Source of the DNA: Verrucomicrobiota bacterium
Lineage (GTDB): Bacteria; Verrucomicrobiota; Verrucomicrobiia; Opitutales; Opitutaceae
NCBI GenBank assembly: GCA_030601755.1
Contig: JAUWBF010000003.1
Location: forward strand, 31,899-95,898
Length of the DNA: 64,000 nt
Direction: 5' to 3'
Shown: positions 54,810 to 63,234 of the stretch, piece by piece
Layout: each line of letters opens with the position of its first letter
Numbering within the stretch: position 1 is the first letter of the stretch
The notes under the pieces: generated by a model
Databases searched by the model: none
What the model saw: the letters and a program-made list of their open reading frames with translations, nothing else
Told to the model about the DNA's origin: nothing
Position numbers and translations under genes: made by a program

Positions 54810-55118
54810 TTTCAACGCAAAGGCGCGAAGGTCGCAAAGGCTGGCTTATTACCGGCAGCTGCATGGACCGGGACTTTACCGAGGGTGGGGCGGGACCGCT
54901 GGGCCCGCCGTGGCGACGCGCCAAGCGCCGAGAGGCAACCGCGGACGGCCCGGCGGTCCGTCCCTACCCAAGGTTCATGACCAGTCCGCGATCGGCATTA
55001 TTACCGAGCCAAGCAAGTAGCGCCGGCTTCCAGCCGGCCGTTGACGGCGATGGCAGGCTGGAAGCCTGCGCTACCTTTCTTGGCGGCCTTCGCGCCTTGG
55101 CGTCTTTGCGTTAAGACC
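54810..55118. repeat. MITE-like composite: REP family 1 arms flanking a REP family 2 hairpin
   Basis: 54810-54844 is TTTCAACGCAAAGGCGCGAAGGTCGCAAAGGCTGG. The family 2 inverted repeat lies at 55017-55039 / 55052-55074. 55082-55118 is GGCGGCCTTCGCGCCTTGGCGTCTTTGCGTTAAGACC. Confidence 0.75.
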
Positions 55119-55179
55119 ACCTCCGCCGGGACGTTGTTAAATGTATCGATCCGGCGAATACGCGCGCCCGCGCGGCGCG

Positions 55180-56367
55180 TCAGGCGCTGGCGATCAGGCG
55201 GGGGAGGTCGACGTTGTCGGTGATCAGTTGCTTGATGATCGGGAACTTGTCGGTGTCTTGCGGCTGGGTCTTCACTGTCATGCCGGTGATTTTGGAGGTG
55301 ACCGCATAGCACTCGGCCTCGGCGGCGATCACGGGGATGTCGGTCTGCGCGAGCAGCTCGGCGAGCTTGGGGTGGGGCTTGATGTCGTTGGTGACGACGA
55401 GGCCCGCGATCGTGCTGCCGCCGGCGAGCAGCGCGCAGGAGAGCGCGGCGAGGATGATGTCGTCGCGGTCGCCGGGGGTGATGATGAGCGTGCCGGGGTG
55501 CAGGTAGTCGACGATGCCCTTGGCGGCCATGGCGCCGACGACGACCTTTTCCACGCGCTGCTTGGCGCCGCCGCGGCGGCCGTTGAGCCACTTGCCGCCG
55601 ATCTCCTCGGCGATCTGGGTAAGGTTGGGCGCGGAGAGGCGCGGCTGGATGGGGAGCACGCCGAGCAGGGGAACGCCGAGGCGGGAGAGGCCCTTGCCGG
55701 CGTATTCGCGGATGAGGTCCATCTTGTCGGGCTCGATCTTGTTGAGGATCGCGCCGGCGACCTCGACGCCGGCCTTGTCGAAGAGGGCCTTGTTGAGCGC
55801 AATCTCGTCGATGGGACGGCCGATGCCGCCGGGCGAGACGAGCACGACCTTGGCGTTGAGCAGGCGGGCGACGCGGGCGTTGGAGAGTTCGAACACGGAG
55901 CCGACGCCGGCGTGGCCGGTGCCCTCGATGATGGTGAAGTCCTTTTCCCAGGAGACGCGGTCGAAGGCGCGGCAGATGGTGTCCTCGAGCTTGGGCAGGG
56001 TGGCACCGGGGTTCTCGAGGAAGCGCCGGGTGAAGGTGGCGTCGACCGCCACGGGGCTCATGCTCTCGATGGGCACGCGCACCTGATAGATGCTTTCGAG
56101 GAGGAACGAGTCCTCGTCGATCTTGTGGCCCTGCACGTCGACGAAGCGCTGGCCCACGGGCTTGATGAAGCCGACGCGGGGGAAGAAGTTCTGCAGCGCG
56201 GCGTAGAGACCGAGGCAAGTGGTGGTCTTGCCGTCGTTCATGCGGGTGGCCGCGACGAAGATGCGCTTGGTCGTGGTGTTGGTGGGCTTGCGCAGCAGCG
56301 GCAGCGCCGGGAGCTCGAACGGATTCTGGGAGGCGTGGGTGGCGGAAGAATCGGTCGGAGCGGTCAT
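55180..56367 (-). CDS. BioD-like P-loop plus DRTGG domain protein (equivalent of the Pta N-terminal regulatory region), stand-alone
   Basis: ATG at 56367: MTAPTDSS...RIFVAATRMNDGKTTTCLGLYAAL...IIEGTGHAGVG...LIITPGDRDDIILAAL. The upstream part of ORF 55180..57336 is an out-of-frame shadow over pta. Confidence 0.75.
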   Translation of the reverse strand: MTAPTDSSATHASQNPFELPALPLLRKPTNTTTKRIFVAATRMNDGKTTTCLGLYAALQNFFPRVGFIKPVGQRFVDVQGHKIDEDSFLLESIYQVRVPIESMSPVAVDATFTRRFLENPGATLPKLEDTICRAFDRVSWEKDFTIIEGTGHAGVGSVFELSNARVARLLNAKVVLVSPGGIGRPIDEIALNKALFDKAGVEVAGAILNKIEPDKMDLIREYAGKGLSRLGVPLLGVLPIQPRLSAPNLTQIAEEIGGKWLNGRRGGAKQRVEKVVVGAMAAKGIVDYLHPGTLIITPGDRDDIILAALSCALLAGGSTIAGLVVTNDIKPHPKLAELLAQTDIPVIAAEAECYAVTSKITGMTVKTQPQDTDKFPIIKQLITDNVDLPRLIASA

Positions 56368-56399
56368 ATGTTTTTTCGGGGGGTGTCGGGAGGGGCGGC

Positions 56400-57437
56400 T
56401 TACTGTCCGCCGGTGCCGTAGAGGAGGCGTTGGTCGATGGCCTGGCAGCCGACGATGGCGGCGGCACCGAAGACGTCGTGGGCGCTGGCGCCGCGGCTGA
56501 TCTCGGCGGCGGGTTTGCTGAGGCCGGTGAGGATCTGGCCGAAGGTGTTCGCGCCGGCGAGGATCTGGATGAGCTTGAAGGCGATGTTGCCGGAGTTGAG
56601 GTCGGGGAAGACGAGCACGTTGGCGCGGCCGGCGACCGAGCTGCCGACGCCCTTGGTGGTGGCGACGGCAAGGTCGAGGGCGGCGTCGACCTGAAGTTCG
56701 CCGTCGATCTCCATCTCGAAGCCGGCGTCGCGGGCCTTGGCGCGGGCGAGCTCGGTGGCGTGGCGGACCTTGACCAGCGAGGGCTGGTTGGAGCTGCTCT
56801 TGGAGGCGTAACTGAGCATGGCGACGCGCGGGGTCTCGTTGGTGAGGTGCTTGGCGATCATCGCGGTGGAGAGGGCGATGTCGCTGAGCTGCTCGGCGGT
56901 GGGGTCGGGGATGACGCCGCAGTCCGCGAGGAAGAGCGAGCCGTCGCTGCCGACCTTCTGCTCGTCGAAGTCGAGAACCATGAGCGAGGAGATGTTTTGC
57001 ACCTCGCTGAGCTTGGGAATGATCTGGAAGATGGGGCGCAGGGCGCTGGAGGCGCTCTGGGTGGCGCCGGACACGAGGGCGTCGGCCTGGGCGGTGGCGA
57101 CCATCATGGTGGCGTAGTAGGCGGTGGTCTTCATGGCCTCGCCGGCCTCGGCGACCTTGATGCCCTTGATGCGGCGCATCTGCTCGAGGTGACCGATGAA
57201 GGTCTGGAGGTCCTCGCTGCGCTCGGGCTCGATGATGCGCATGCCCTGGAGGTTGATGTCGAGGCGGGCGGCGGCGTCCTTGATGGCGGTGCGGTCGCCG
57301 AGGAGAATCGGCACGCCCATGCGGCGGGTGACCCACTGGCGGGCGGCCTGGAGGATGCGGGGGTCGGAGCCCTCGGGGAAAACGATGCGCTTGGGGTGGC
57401 GCTGGAGACGTTCGATCAGTTTGGGGATGAGAGGCAT
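56400..57437 (-). CDS. pta: phosphate acetyltransferase, catalytic PTA_PTB domain only
   Basis: ATG at 57437: MPLIPKLIERLQRHPKRIVFPEGSDPRILQAA...ADALVSGATQSASSALRP...LSYASKSS...VLVFPDLNSGNIAFKL. Confidence 0.9.
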   Translation of the reverse strand: MPLIPKLIERLQRHPKRIVFPEGSDPRILQAARQWVTRRMGVPILLGDRTAIKDAAARLDINLQGMRIIEPERSEDLQTFIGHLEQMRRIKGIKVAEAGEAMKTTAYYATMMVATAQADALVSGATQSASSALRPIFQIIPKLSEVQNISSLMVLDFDEQKVGSDGSLFLADCGVIPDPTAEQLSDIALSTAMIAKHLTNETPRVAMLSYASKSSSNQPSLVKVRHATELARAKARDAGFEMEIDGELQVDAALDLAVATTKGVGSSVAGRANVLVFPDLNSGNIAFKLIQILAGANTFGQILTGLSKPAAEISRGASAHDVFGAAAIVGCQAIDQRLLYGTGGQ

Positions 57438-57588
57438 GGCAATTGGGTGCAAACCGTGAGCGTCGAGCGGGGGAGCGTCAATCCTGCGGGCGGGATTGCG
57501 CGGGCCGAGGTGTGATCGGGCGGGCTTTTTACTTGTTACTTGTAAGCGGGTCGCGGGCCGCGTGAGAGTGCGCGCCGTGTCGAAGCAC

Positions 57589-59172
57589 ATGCGCAACATC
57601 GGTCTGGTCTCGGTCGTGACGATGGGGTCGCGCGTGCTGGGGCTGGGACGCGACATGCTGACGACGGCGGTGTTCGGCGCGTCGGGCCTTAACTCGGCGT
57701 TTGTGACGGCGTTCACGTTGCCCAATTTGTTTCGCCGGTTGCTGGGCGAGGGGGCGTTGACGGCGGCGCTGGTGCCTACGTTGCACGAGGAGACCGAGCG
57801 CGGGCGGCGCGAGGGCGCGTATGGCTTGCTCAACCAGGTGGCGAGCTGGCTGCTGGTGGTGACGGGCGTGCTGGTGGCGCTGGCGATGGTCGGCATGGCG
57901 GCGTTGGCGGGCTCGGGCGACGCGTTGGCGGGGTGGGGTGTGTCGGCCGAGGCGGTGGCGCGGTGGGTGGCGGCCGCGGAGCTGGCGGTGGTGCTGTTTC
58001 CGTATCTGGTGCTGGTGTGTCTGGCGGCGGCGTTCAGCGCGACGTTGCAGACCTTCGGGCGGTTTCTGGAGCCGGCGTTGTCGCCGGTGTGGTTGAACCT
58101 GGCGATGATCGGCCTGCTGGGCGGCGCGGTCTGGCTGGGCTGGGCGCACGAGGAGCCGGGACGCATGCGGTGGTTGTGCGCGGGCGTGCTGCTGGGCGGA
58201 TTTTTGCAGATGCTGGTGCCGGCGCTGGCTTTGGCGCGCGAGGGCTGGCGGCCTAGGTTCGACCTGGCGCGCAGCGCGGGCGTGCGGCAGATCGCGCTGC
58301 TGATGGGGCCGACGGTGCTGGGCTCGGCGATTTACCTGGTGAACATGGCGGTGTCGCGGGCGTTCGGCCTGTCGATCAACGAGGCGGCGGCCACGGTGCT
58401 CAACCTGGCCACGCGCCTGATGGAGCTGCCGATCGGGGTGTTCGCGATCGCGATCTCGACGGTGGTTTTCCCGCAGATCGCGCGGCACGCGGCGCGCGGC
58501 GAGTCGGCGGAGCTGGCCGAGGCCTACCGGCGGGGCATGCGGCTGATCCTATTGATCAACGTGCCGGCGGCGGTGGGCATGGCGGTGCTGGCGGGGCCGG
58601 TGGTGCGGTTGTTGTTCGAGCGAGGGGCGTTCGCCGAGGGCGACCCGATGATGCCGCCGGTGGTGATGGTGTGCGCGCTGGGGTTGCCGTTTTTGTCGTT
58701 CGTCAGCCTGGCGCTGCGGGCGTTCTACGCGCGCAAGGACACCTCGACGCCGGTGCGCGCGGCGGGCTGGAGTTTCGCGGTCAACGTGGCCGCGAGCCTG
58801 GCGCTGATGGGGCCGTGGTCGACGGTGGGGCTGGCCTCGGCAGGCACGCTGGCGGTGATCGTGCAGGCGTTTTATTTGCAGCGCCGTCTGACCGCGGTGT
58901 GGCCCGAGCTGGCGTTTCGCCATCTGCTGCGGGACCTGTCCAAGGTCCTCGCGGCGAGCGCGGTCATGGGCGCGGCGGTGGCGGCGGCATGGGCCGGCTG
59001 GGCCGCGGCGACCGCGGGCGGCACGCTGATGCTGGCCGCCGGGTTGGCGGTGTGCATCGCGCTCGGCGTGGCGGTCTATGCGGCGGCGGCGTGGTTGCTG
59101 CGGGTCGAGGGCCGCGACGAGGTCGCGGCCGTGGTGCGACGCCGGCTCGGCGGCGGCTCGGTCAGCCCTTGA
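57589..59172 (+). CDS. murJ: lipid II flippase MurJ
   Basis: MRNIGLVSVVTMGSRVLGLGRDMLTTAVFGASGLNSAFVTAFTLPNLFRRLLGEGAL. Multi-TM. ATG at 57589, within ORF 57496..59172. Confidence 0.9.
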   Translation: MRNIGLVSVVTMGSRVLGLGRDMLTTAVFGASGLNSAFVTAFTLPNLFRRLLGEGALTAALVPTLHEETERGRREGAYGLLNQVASWLLVVTGVLVALAMVGMAALAGSGDALAGWGVSAEAVARWVAAAELAVVLFPYLVLVCLAAAFSATLQTFGRFLEPALSPVWLNLAMIGLLGGAVWLGWAHEEPGRMRWLCAGVLLGGFLQMLVPALALAREGWRPRFDLARSAGVRQIALLMGPTVLGSAIYLVNMAVSRAFGLSINEAAATVLNLATRLMELPIGVFAIAISTVVFPQIARHAARGESAELAEAYRRGMRLILLINVPAAVGMAVLAGPVVRLLFERGAFAEGDPMMPPVVMVCALGLPFLSFVSLALRAFYARKDTSTPVRAAGWSFAVNVAASLALMGPWSTVGLASAGTLAVIVQAFYLQRRLTAVWPELAFRHLLRDLSKVLAASAVMGAAVAAAWAGWAAATAGGTLMLAAGLAVCIALGVAVYAAAAWLLRVEGRDEVAAVVRRRLGGGSVSP

Positions 59173-60154
59173 CGGCGCCGGCGGAGAGGCCGCGCACGAA
59201 GAGCTTCATGCAGAACAGGAAGATGACGATCAGCGGGATCGAGGCGATGAAGTAGGCGGCCATGATCTGGCCCCACTGCTTCACGTATTCGCCGTCGAGG
59301 TAGATCAGGCCCACGCCGAGGGTGAACAGCTCCTTGTCGCGCAGGACGATCAGGGGCAGCAGGAAGTCGTTCCACTTGCCGAGGAAGGCGAGGATCGAGA
59401 GCGTGCCGATGATCGGACCGGACATGGGGATGACCACGTTCATGATTTGCTGGAAGTGGCTGGCACCGTCCATCTCGGCGGCCTCGAAAAGGTCCTTGGG
59501 CAGGTCCTCGATGAAGTTGCGCAGCACGAAAATGTTGAACACCTGCGCGCCGGCTATGCCGACGATGATGAGCGCCCAGAGGGTGTTGAGCAGGCTCAGG
59601 GACTTCAGCAGCGAGAACAGCGGCACGATGTTGGCCACGCCGGGCAGCAGCATCAGGATGATGAACGCCGACCAGAGCACGCTGCCGAAGGGCATCTTGT
59701 AGCGGGCGAAGAAATACGCCGCCATGATCGCAAGGAACAGGCTGACGACGGTGCCGGTCACGGCGACGAAGACGGTGTTGGCGATGTAGGGGCCGATGAG
59801 CTTGAGGCCGTAGCCCCAGTTCTCGACGCGGTAGACGCCGAGGTCGAACTGCTTGGTCGCGCCGGTCACCAGCTCGGGGTCGGAGGGCTTGGCCGCGCCG
59901 AAGACCTCGGACCAGCCGGCCACGCGGGTTTTGACCTCCTCCGTGCCGTCGGGCAGGCGCAGCGTCTCGGTGACCGAGAACGGCGGGCTCGGAGCCCACG
60001 GGTTCTGGATGAAACTCGAATTGTCCTTAAAGCTGACCTGCATCATCATGTAGAGCGGGAACAGCTCGATGAGGATGAAGAACCAGACGACGAGGTGCTT
60101 GGGCCAGTCGCGTTGCTTGTAGGAACCGACGGCATCTTTGAGGGCTCCGCTCAT
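59162..60154 (-). CDS. carbohydrate ABC transporter permease (MalG-like)
   Basis: 330 aa. EAA-like loop: RNFIEDLPKDLFEAAEMDGASHFQQIMNVVIPMSGP. The 3' end overlaps murJ convergently by 11 nt. Confidence 0.85.
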   Translation of the reverse strand: MSGALKDAVGSYKQRDWPKHLVVWFFILIELFPLYMMMQVSFKDNSSFIQNPWAPSPPFSVTETLRLPDGTEEVKTRVAGWSEVFGAAKPSDPELVTGATKQFDLGVYRVENWGYGLKLIGPYIANTVFVAVTGTVVSLFLAIMAAYFFARYKMPFGSVLWSAFIILMLLPGVANIVPLFSLLKSLSLLNTLWALIIVGIAGAQVFNIFVLRNFIEDLPKDLFEAAEMDGASHFQQIMNVVIPMSGPIIGTLSILAFLGKWNDFLLPLIVLRDKELFTLGVGLIYLDGEYVKQWGQIMAAYFIASIPLIVIFLFCMKLFVRGLSAGAVKG

Positions 60155-61098
60155 TTTTCGACGCGCACGTATTTGTTGTTGATGAAGGTCAGGGCGAGAA
60201 TGAACACGAACAGGATCATGCCGATGGAGCAGGCGTAGCCGAACTCGCCGGCGATGAACGCGCGGTTATACATCCACAGGCCGGGCACCATGCCGCGGCC
60301 GCCGGGGCCGCCGGAGTCGCCGAGCAGCAGCAGTTGCAGGCCGTAGCCCTGCAGCGTGCTGATGATCAACAGCACCAGTGAGAGGCGCACCTGGGTGAGA
60401 ATGAGCGGCAGCTCGATGTAGAGAAACTTCTTGAACGGACCCACGCCGTCCAGCTCGGCCGCCTCGTAGACTTCCTGGCCGATGGCCTGCAGGCCGGCTA
60501 AGTAGATGAGCACGCCGACCGCGCCGATCCACGGGAAGCCCCAGATGAACAGCGCGGGCAGGATCAGCTCGGGTTGCGACAGCCAGCCGATCGGCACGTC
60601 GGGCAGGAACACGCCCCAGCCGAAGAACTGGTCGATGTTGACGAGGAGGGACTTCAGCCCGGTGAAATCGAGGACGTTGTTGAGCACGCCGAGGTTGGGA
60701 TCGAAGAAGAACTTCCAGATGAAGAGCGTCACCAGGCTCGGCACGATCATCGGCACGACCAGCATCGCGCGGTAAAAATAGCCCCAGCGCTCGCTTTTGA
60801 TGCGGTGGATGAGCACGGCCATGATGATCGAGGGGATCATCTTGAAGAGGTTGAACACGATCAGCACCGACACGGTGATGAACGAGTTCCACAGCACGTC
60901 GTCGCCGAAGGCGCGCTTGAAGTTGTCCAGACCGATCAGCTGCTTGGTCTCGCCACCGGCCCAGTCGAAGAAGCTGTGGTAGATTGCGCTGATCGCGGGG
61001 AAATACGAAAACGTCAGCACCATCACCAGCGACGGGATCACGAAGAAGTAGAGCTTCCACTCGCGGAGGGCTTTTTGACGACTGATGGGAAAGGCCAT
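60151..61098 (-). CDS. carbohydrate ABC transporter permease (MalF-like)
   Basis: ATG at 61098: MAFPISRQKALREWKLYFFVIPSLVMVLTFSYFP...YEAAELDGVGPFKKFLYIELPL. 4-nt overlap with the next permease. Confidence 0.85.
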   Translation of the reverse strand: MAFPISRQKALREWKLYFFVIPSLVMVLTFSYFPAISAIYHSFFDWAGGETKQLIGLDNFKRAFGDDVLWNSFITVSVLIVFNLFKMIPSIIMAVLIHRIKSERWGYFYRAMLVVPMIVPSLVTLFIWKFFFDPNLGVLNNVLDFTGLKSLLVNIDQFFGWGVFLPDVPIGWLSQPELILPALFIWGFPWIGAVGVLIYLAGLQAIGQEVYEAAELDGVGPFKKFLYIELPLILTQVRLSLVLLIISTLQGYGLQLLLLGDSGGPGGRGMVPGLWMYNRAFIAGEFGYACSIGMILFVFILALTFINNKYVRVEK

Positions 61099-61347
61099 TG
61101 CGGAACTGGGAACGGAGGGGCGTGAACGAGGAAACGGTGCGGATTGGGGAGGGGGCTGTCCGCGCGGGTTGCCTAACGTGGCGGCGGTTGATTGCCGATG
61201 CCAAGCGGAAAGGGGCGCGGCGGACGCCAAAAGTTTCCGGCAACGTTCTCAGGCGAGCCGTGTTTCGGGCAACGCCGCATGTGTGTCTTTTCCCGTTCGC
61301 GGATGGCTCGACATCCGACCGGCCGCCCGACCACGCTGGCCGCCACG

Positions 61348-62796
61348 ATGAAGATTTATTTCATGGGCATCGCCGGCACCGCCATGGGCAACGCCGCGCT
61401 TCTTGCGCGCTCGGCCGGACATGAGGTCATCGGTGCCGACACCGGCGTCTATCCGCCGATGAGCCACGTGCTCGCTGCCGCCGGCATCGCCTATCGTGAG
61501 GGATACGACCCCGAAAAACTCCGCGCGGAGGCGCCCGATCTCGTCGTCATCGGCAACGCCCAGTCCCGCGGCAACGCCGAGGTCGAGTGGCTGCTCAACA
61601 CCCGCGCGCTGCCGTTCGTCTCGCTGCCCGCGCTGCTGCACGACGTCGTGCTCCGCCGCCGCGACAACATCGTCGTCGCCGGCACCCACGGCAAGACCAC
61701 CACCACCTCGCTCACCGCCTTCCTCCTGCGCGAGAACGGTCGCGATCCCGGCTTCCTCATCGGCGGCGTGCCCGTCGACCCGCCCGTGGGCAACCACCTC
61801 GGCGACCCCGCCGCGCCGTTCGTCATCGAGGGCGACGAATACGACAGCGCCTTCTTCGACAAGCGCAGCAAGTTCATCCACTACGCCCCGCGCATCGCCG
61901 TGCTCAACAACCTCGAGTTCGACCACGCCGACATCTTCCGCGACCTCGCCGACGTGCAGCGCACCTTCTCGCACCTTGCCCGCATCGTGCCCGCCAACGG
62001 CTGGATCGTGCTCAACGGCGACGACGACAACCTGCGCGCGCTCGGCGTCTTCCCCTGGACGCGCACCGTCCGCGTCGGCACCGGCGCGCACAACGACCTG
62101 CGCGTCGCCGACTTCGCCGAGGACGCCGCCGGCACCACCTTCACGCTGCTCTGGCGCGGAGCCGAATGGACCCGCGTGCGCCTGCAAATCCCCGGTCTCT
62201 ACAACGCCCGCAACGCCGCCATGGCCGCCGCCGCCGCCGCGCTGTCGCTCTTGCCGCGCGAGGCCGACGGCGACCTCGCCGCCTCCGGTCTCGACCTCGC
62301 GCCGCTCGCCCGTTTCCGCGGCGTGCGCCGCCGGCAGGAGGTGCGCGCCGCGCGCGAAAACCTCACCGTGATCGAGGACTTCGGCCACCATCCGACCGCC
62401 ATCGCTGGCGCGCTCGATTCGTTTCGCAACCGCTTCCCGGGCGCGCGCCTGACCGCCGTCTTCGAGCCGCGCAGCAACACCGCCCGCACCAAGGTCCTGC
62501 AGCCCGCCTTCACCGAGGCGCTCGCCCACGCCGACGAGGTGTTCGTCGGCGCCGTCAACCGCGCCGACAAGCTCCGCGCCGAGGAGCGCTTCGACGTCGC
62601 CGAGGTGCTGGTCGAGCTGGCTGCCCGCGGCGTCGACGCCTCCACCGCCTCGTCCAACGCCGGCCTGCTGGAAAAACTCACCGCGCTGGTCGCCACCGCG
62701 CCCGCCACGCCGGAGCGTCCGCGCGTCGTGGTCTTTTTCTCCAACGGCGACTTCGACGGCATCATCGCCAAGTTCGCCGCGCAGGTGTCGGGATGA
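61348..62796 (+). CDS. mpl: UDP-N-acetylmuramate:L-alanyl-gamma-D-glutamyl-meso-DAP ligase
   Basis: MKIYFMGIAGTAMGNAALLA...VVAGTHGKTTTTSL...IEGDEYDSAFFDKRSKFIHY...LNNLEFDHADIF. Confidence 0.9.
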   Translation: MKIYFMGIAGTAMGNAALLARSAGHEVIGADTGVYPPMSHVLAAAGIAYREGYDPEKLRAEAPDLVVIGNAQSRGNAEVEWLLNTRALPFVSLPALLHDVVLRRRDNIVVAGTHGKTTTTSLTAFLLRENGRDPGFLIGGVPVDPPVGNHLGDPAAPFVIEGDEYDSAFFDKRSKFIHYAPRIAVLNNLEFDHADIFRDLADVQRTFSHLARIVPANGWIVLNGDDDNLRALGVFPWTRTVRVGTGAHNDLRVADFAEDAAGTTFTLLWRGAEWTRVRLQIPGLYNARNAAMAAAAAALSLLPREADGDLAASGLDLAPLARFRGVRRRQEVRAARENLTVIEDFGHHPTAIAGALDSFRNRFPGARLTAVFEPRSNTARTKVLQPAFTEALAHADEVFVGAVNRADKLRAEERFDVAEVLVELAARGVDASTASSNAGLLEKLTALVATAPATPERPRVVVFFSNGDFDGIIAKFAAQVSG

Positions 62797-62817
62797 AGGA
62801 TCGGCGCGAGGTGGATC

Positions 62818-62913
62818 TTTAACGCAAAGACGCCAAGGCGCAAAGCTACGCAACGAATACCTGGTTCAGGAGCCCTTGCGACCTTTGCGACTTCGCGTCT
62901 TTGCGTTAAAATC
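62818..62913. repeat. REP family 1 palindromic unit (two arms, 17-bp spacer)
   Basis: 62818-62855 is TTTAACGCAAAGACGCCAAGGCGCAAAGCTACGCAACG. 62873-62913 is CCCTTGCGACCTTTGCGACTTCGCGTCTTTGCGTTAAAATC. Confidence 0.85.
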
Positions 62914-63012
62914 CGTCTTCTTTGTCCAGAGCCAACCAACCGTTGGTTATGATTTTCTGAGCGATCCTCCGAAGCCGGCGCCTTTGGCGCTGCAATCACT
63001 GATCGCGGCACG

Positions 63013-63047
63013 AAAAAACCGCGACCTTTGCGGGTCGCGGTTTTTTT
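63013..63047. terminator. bidirectional intrinsic terminator
   Basis: AAAAAA-CCGCGACC-TTTGCG-GGTCGCGG-TTTTTTT. Confidence 0.8.
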
Positions 63048-63068
63048 GGAGAGTCGGTTTGGGAAGCG

Positions 63069-63185
63069 TTACTTCTTGGCCTTGGCCGGAGCCTTCTTGG
63101 CGGCGGCGTTGACGGCGGCCTTCTTGCGCTTCTCGTAGGCCTCGCGGCGCTTCTTTTTGATGACTTTGTTGTATTGTTTTCCCAT
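63069..63185 (-). CDS. small highly basic protein (38 aa), possibly bS22-like
   Basis: Own translation: MGKQYNKVIKKKRREAYEKRKKAAVNAAAKKAPAKAKK. Too short for the ORF track. It is followed on its strand by the terminator at 63013-63047. Confidence 0.45.
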   Translation of the reverse strand: MGKQYNKVIKKKRREAYEKRKKAAVNAAAKKAPAKAKK

Positions 63186-63234
63186 GGGAGTGTTCGGAGT
63201 TGAAGGGTAGGAATCGCCAACGCGCGCCCGTGAG

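Noticed and set aside
55180-58166. Long ORFs 55180..57336 and 56400..58166 taken at full length
   Set aside because: The N-terminal extensions are Arg/Pro-rich and overlap the neighbouring real genes out of frame. Internal ATGs at 56367 and 57437 give canonical N-termini.
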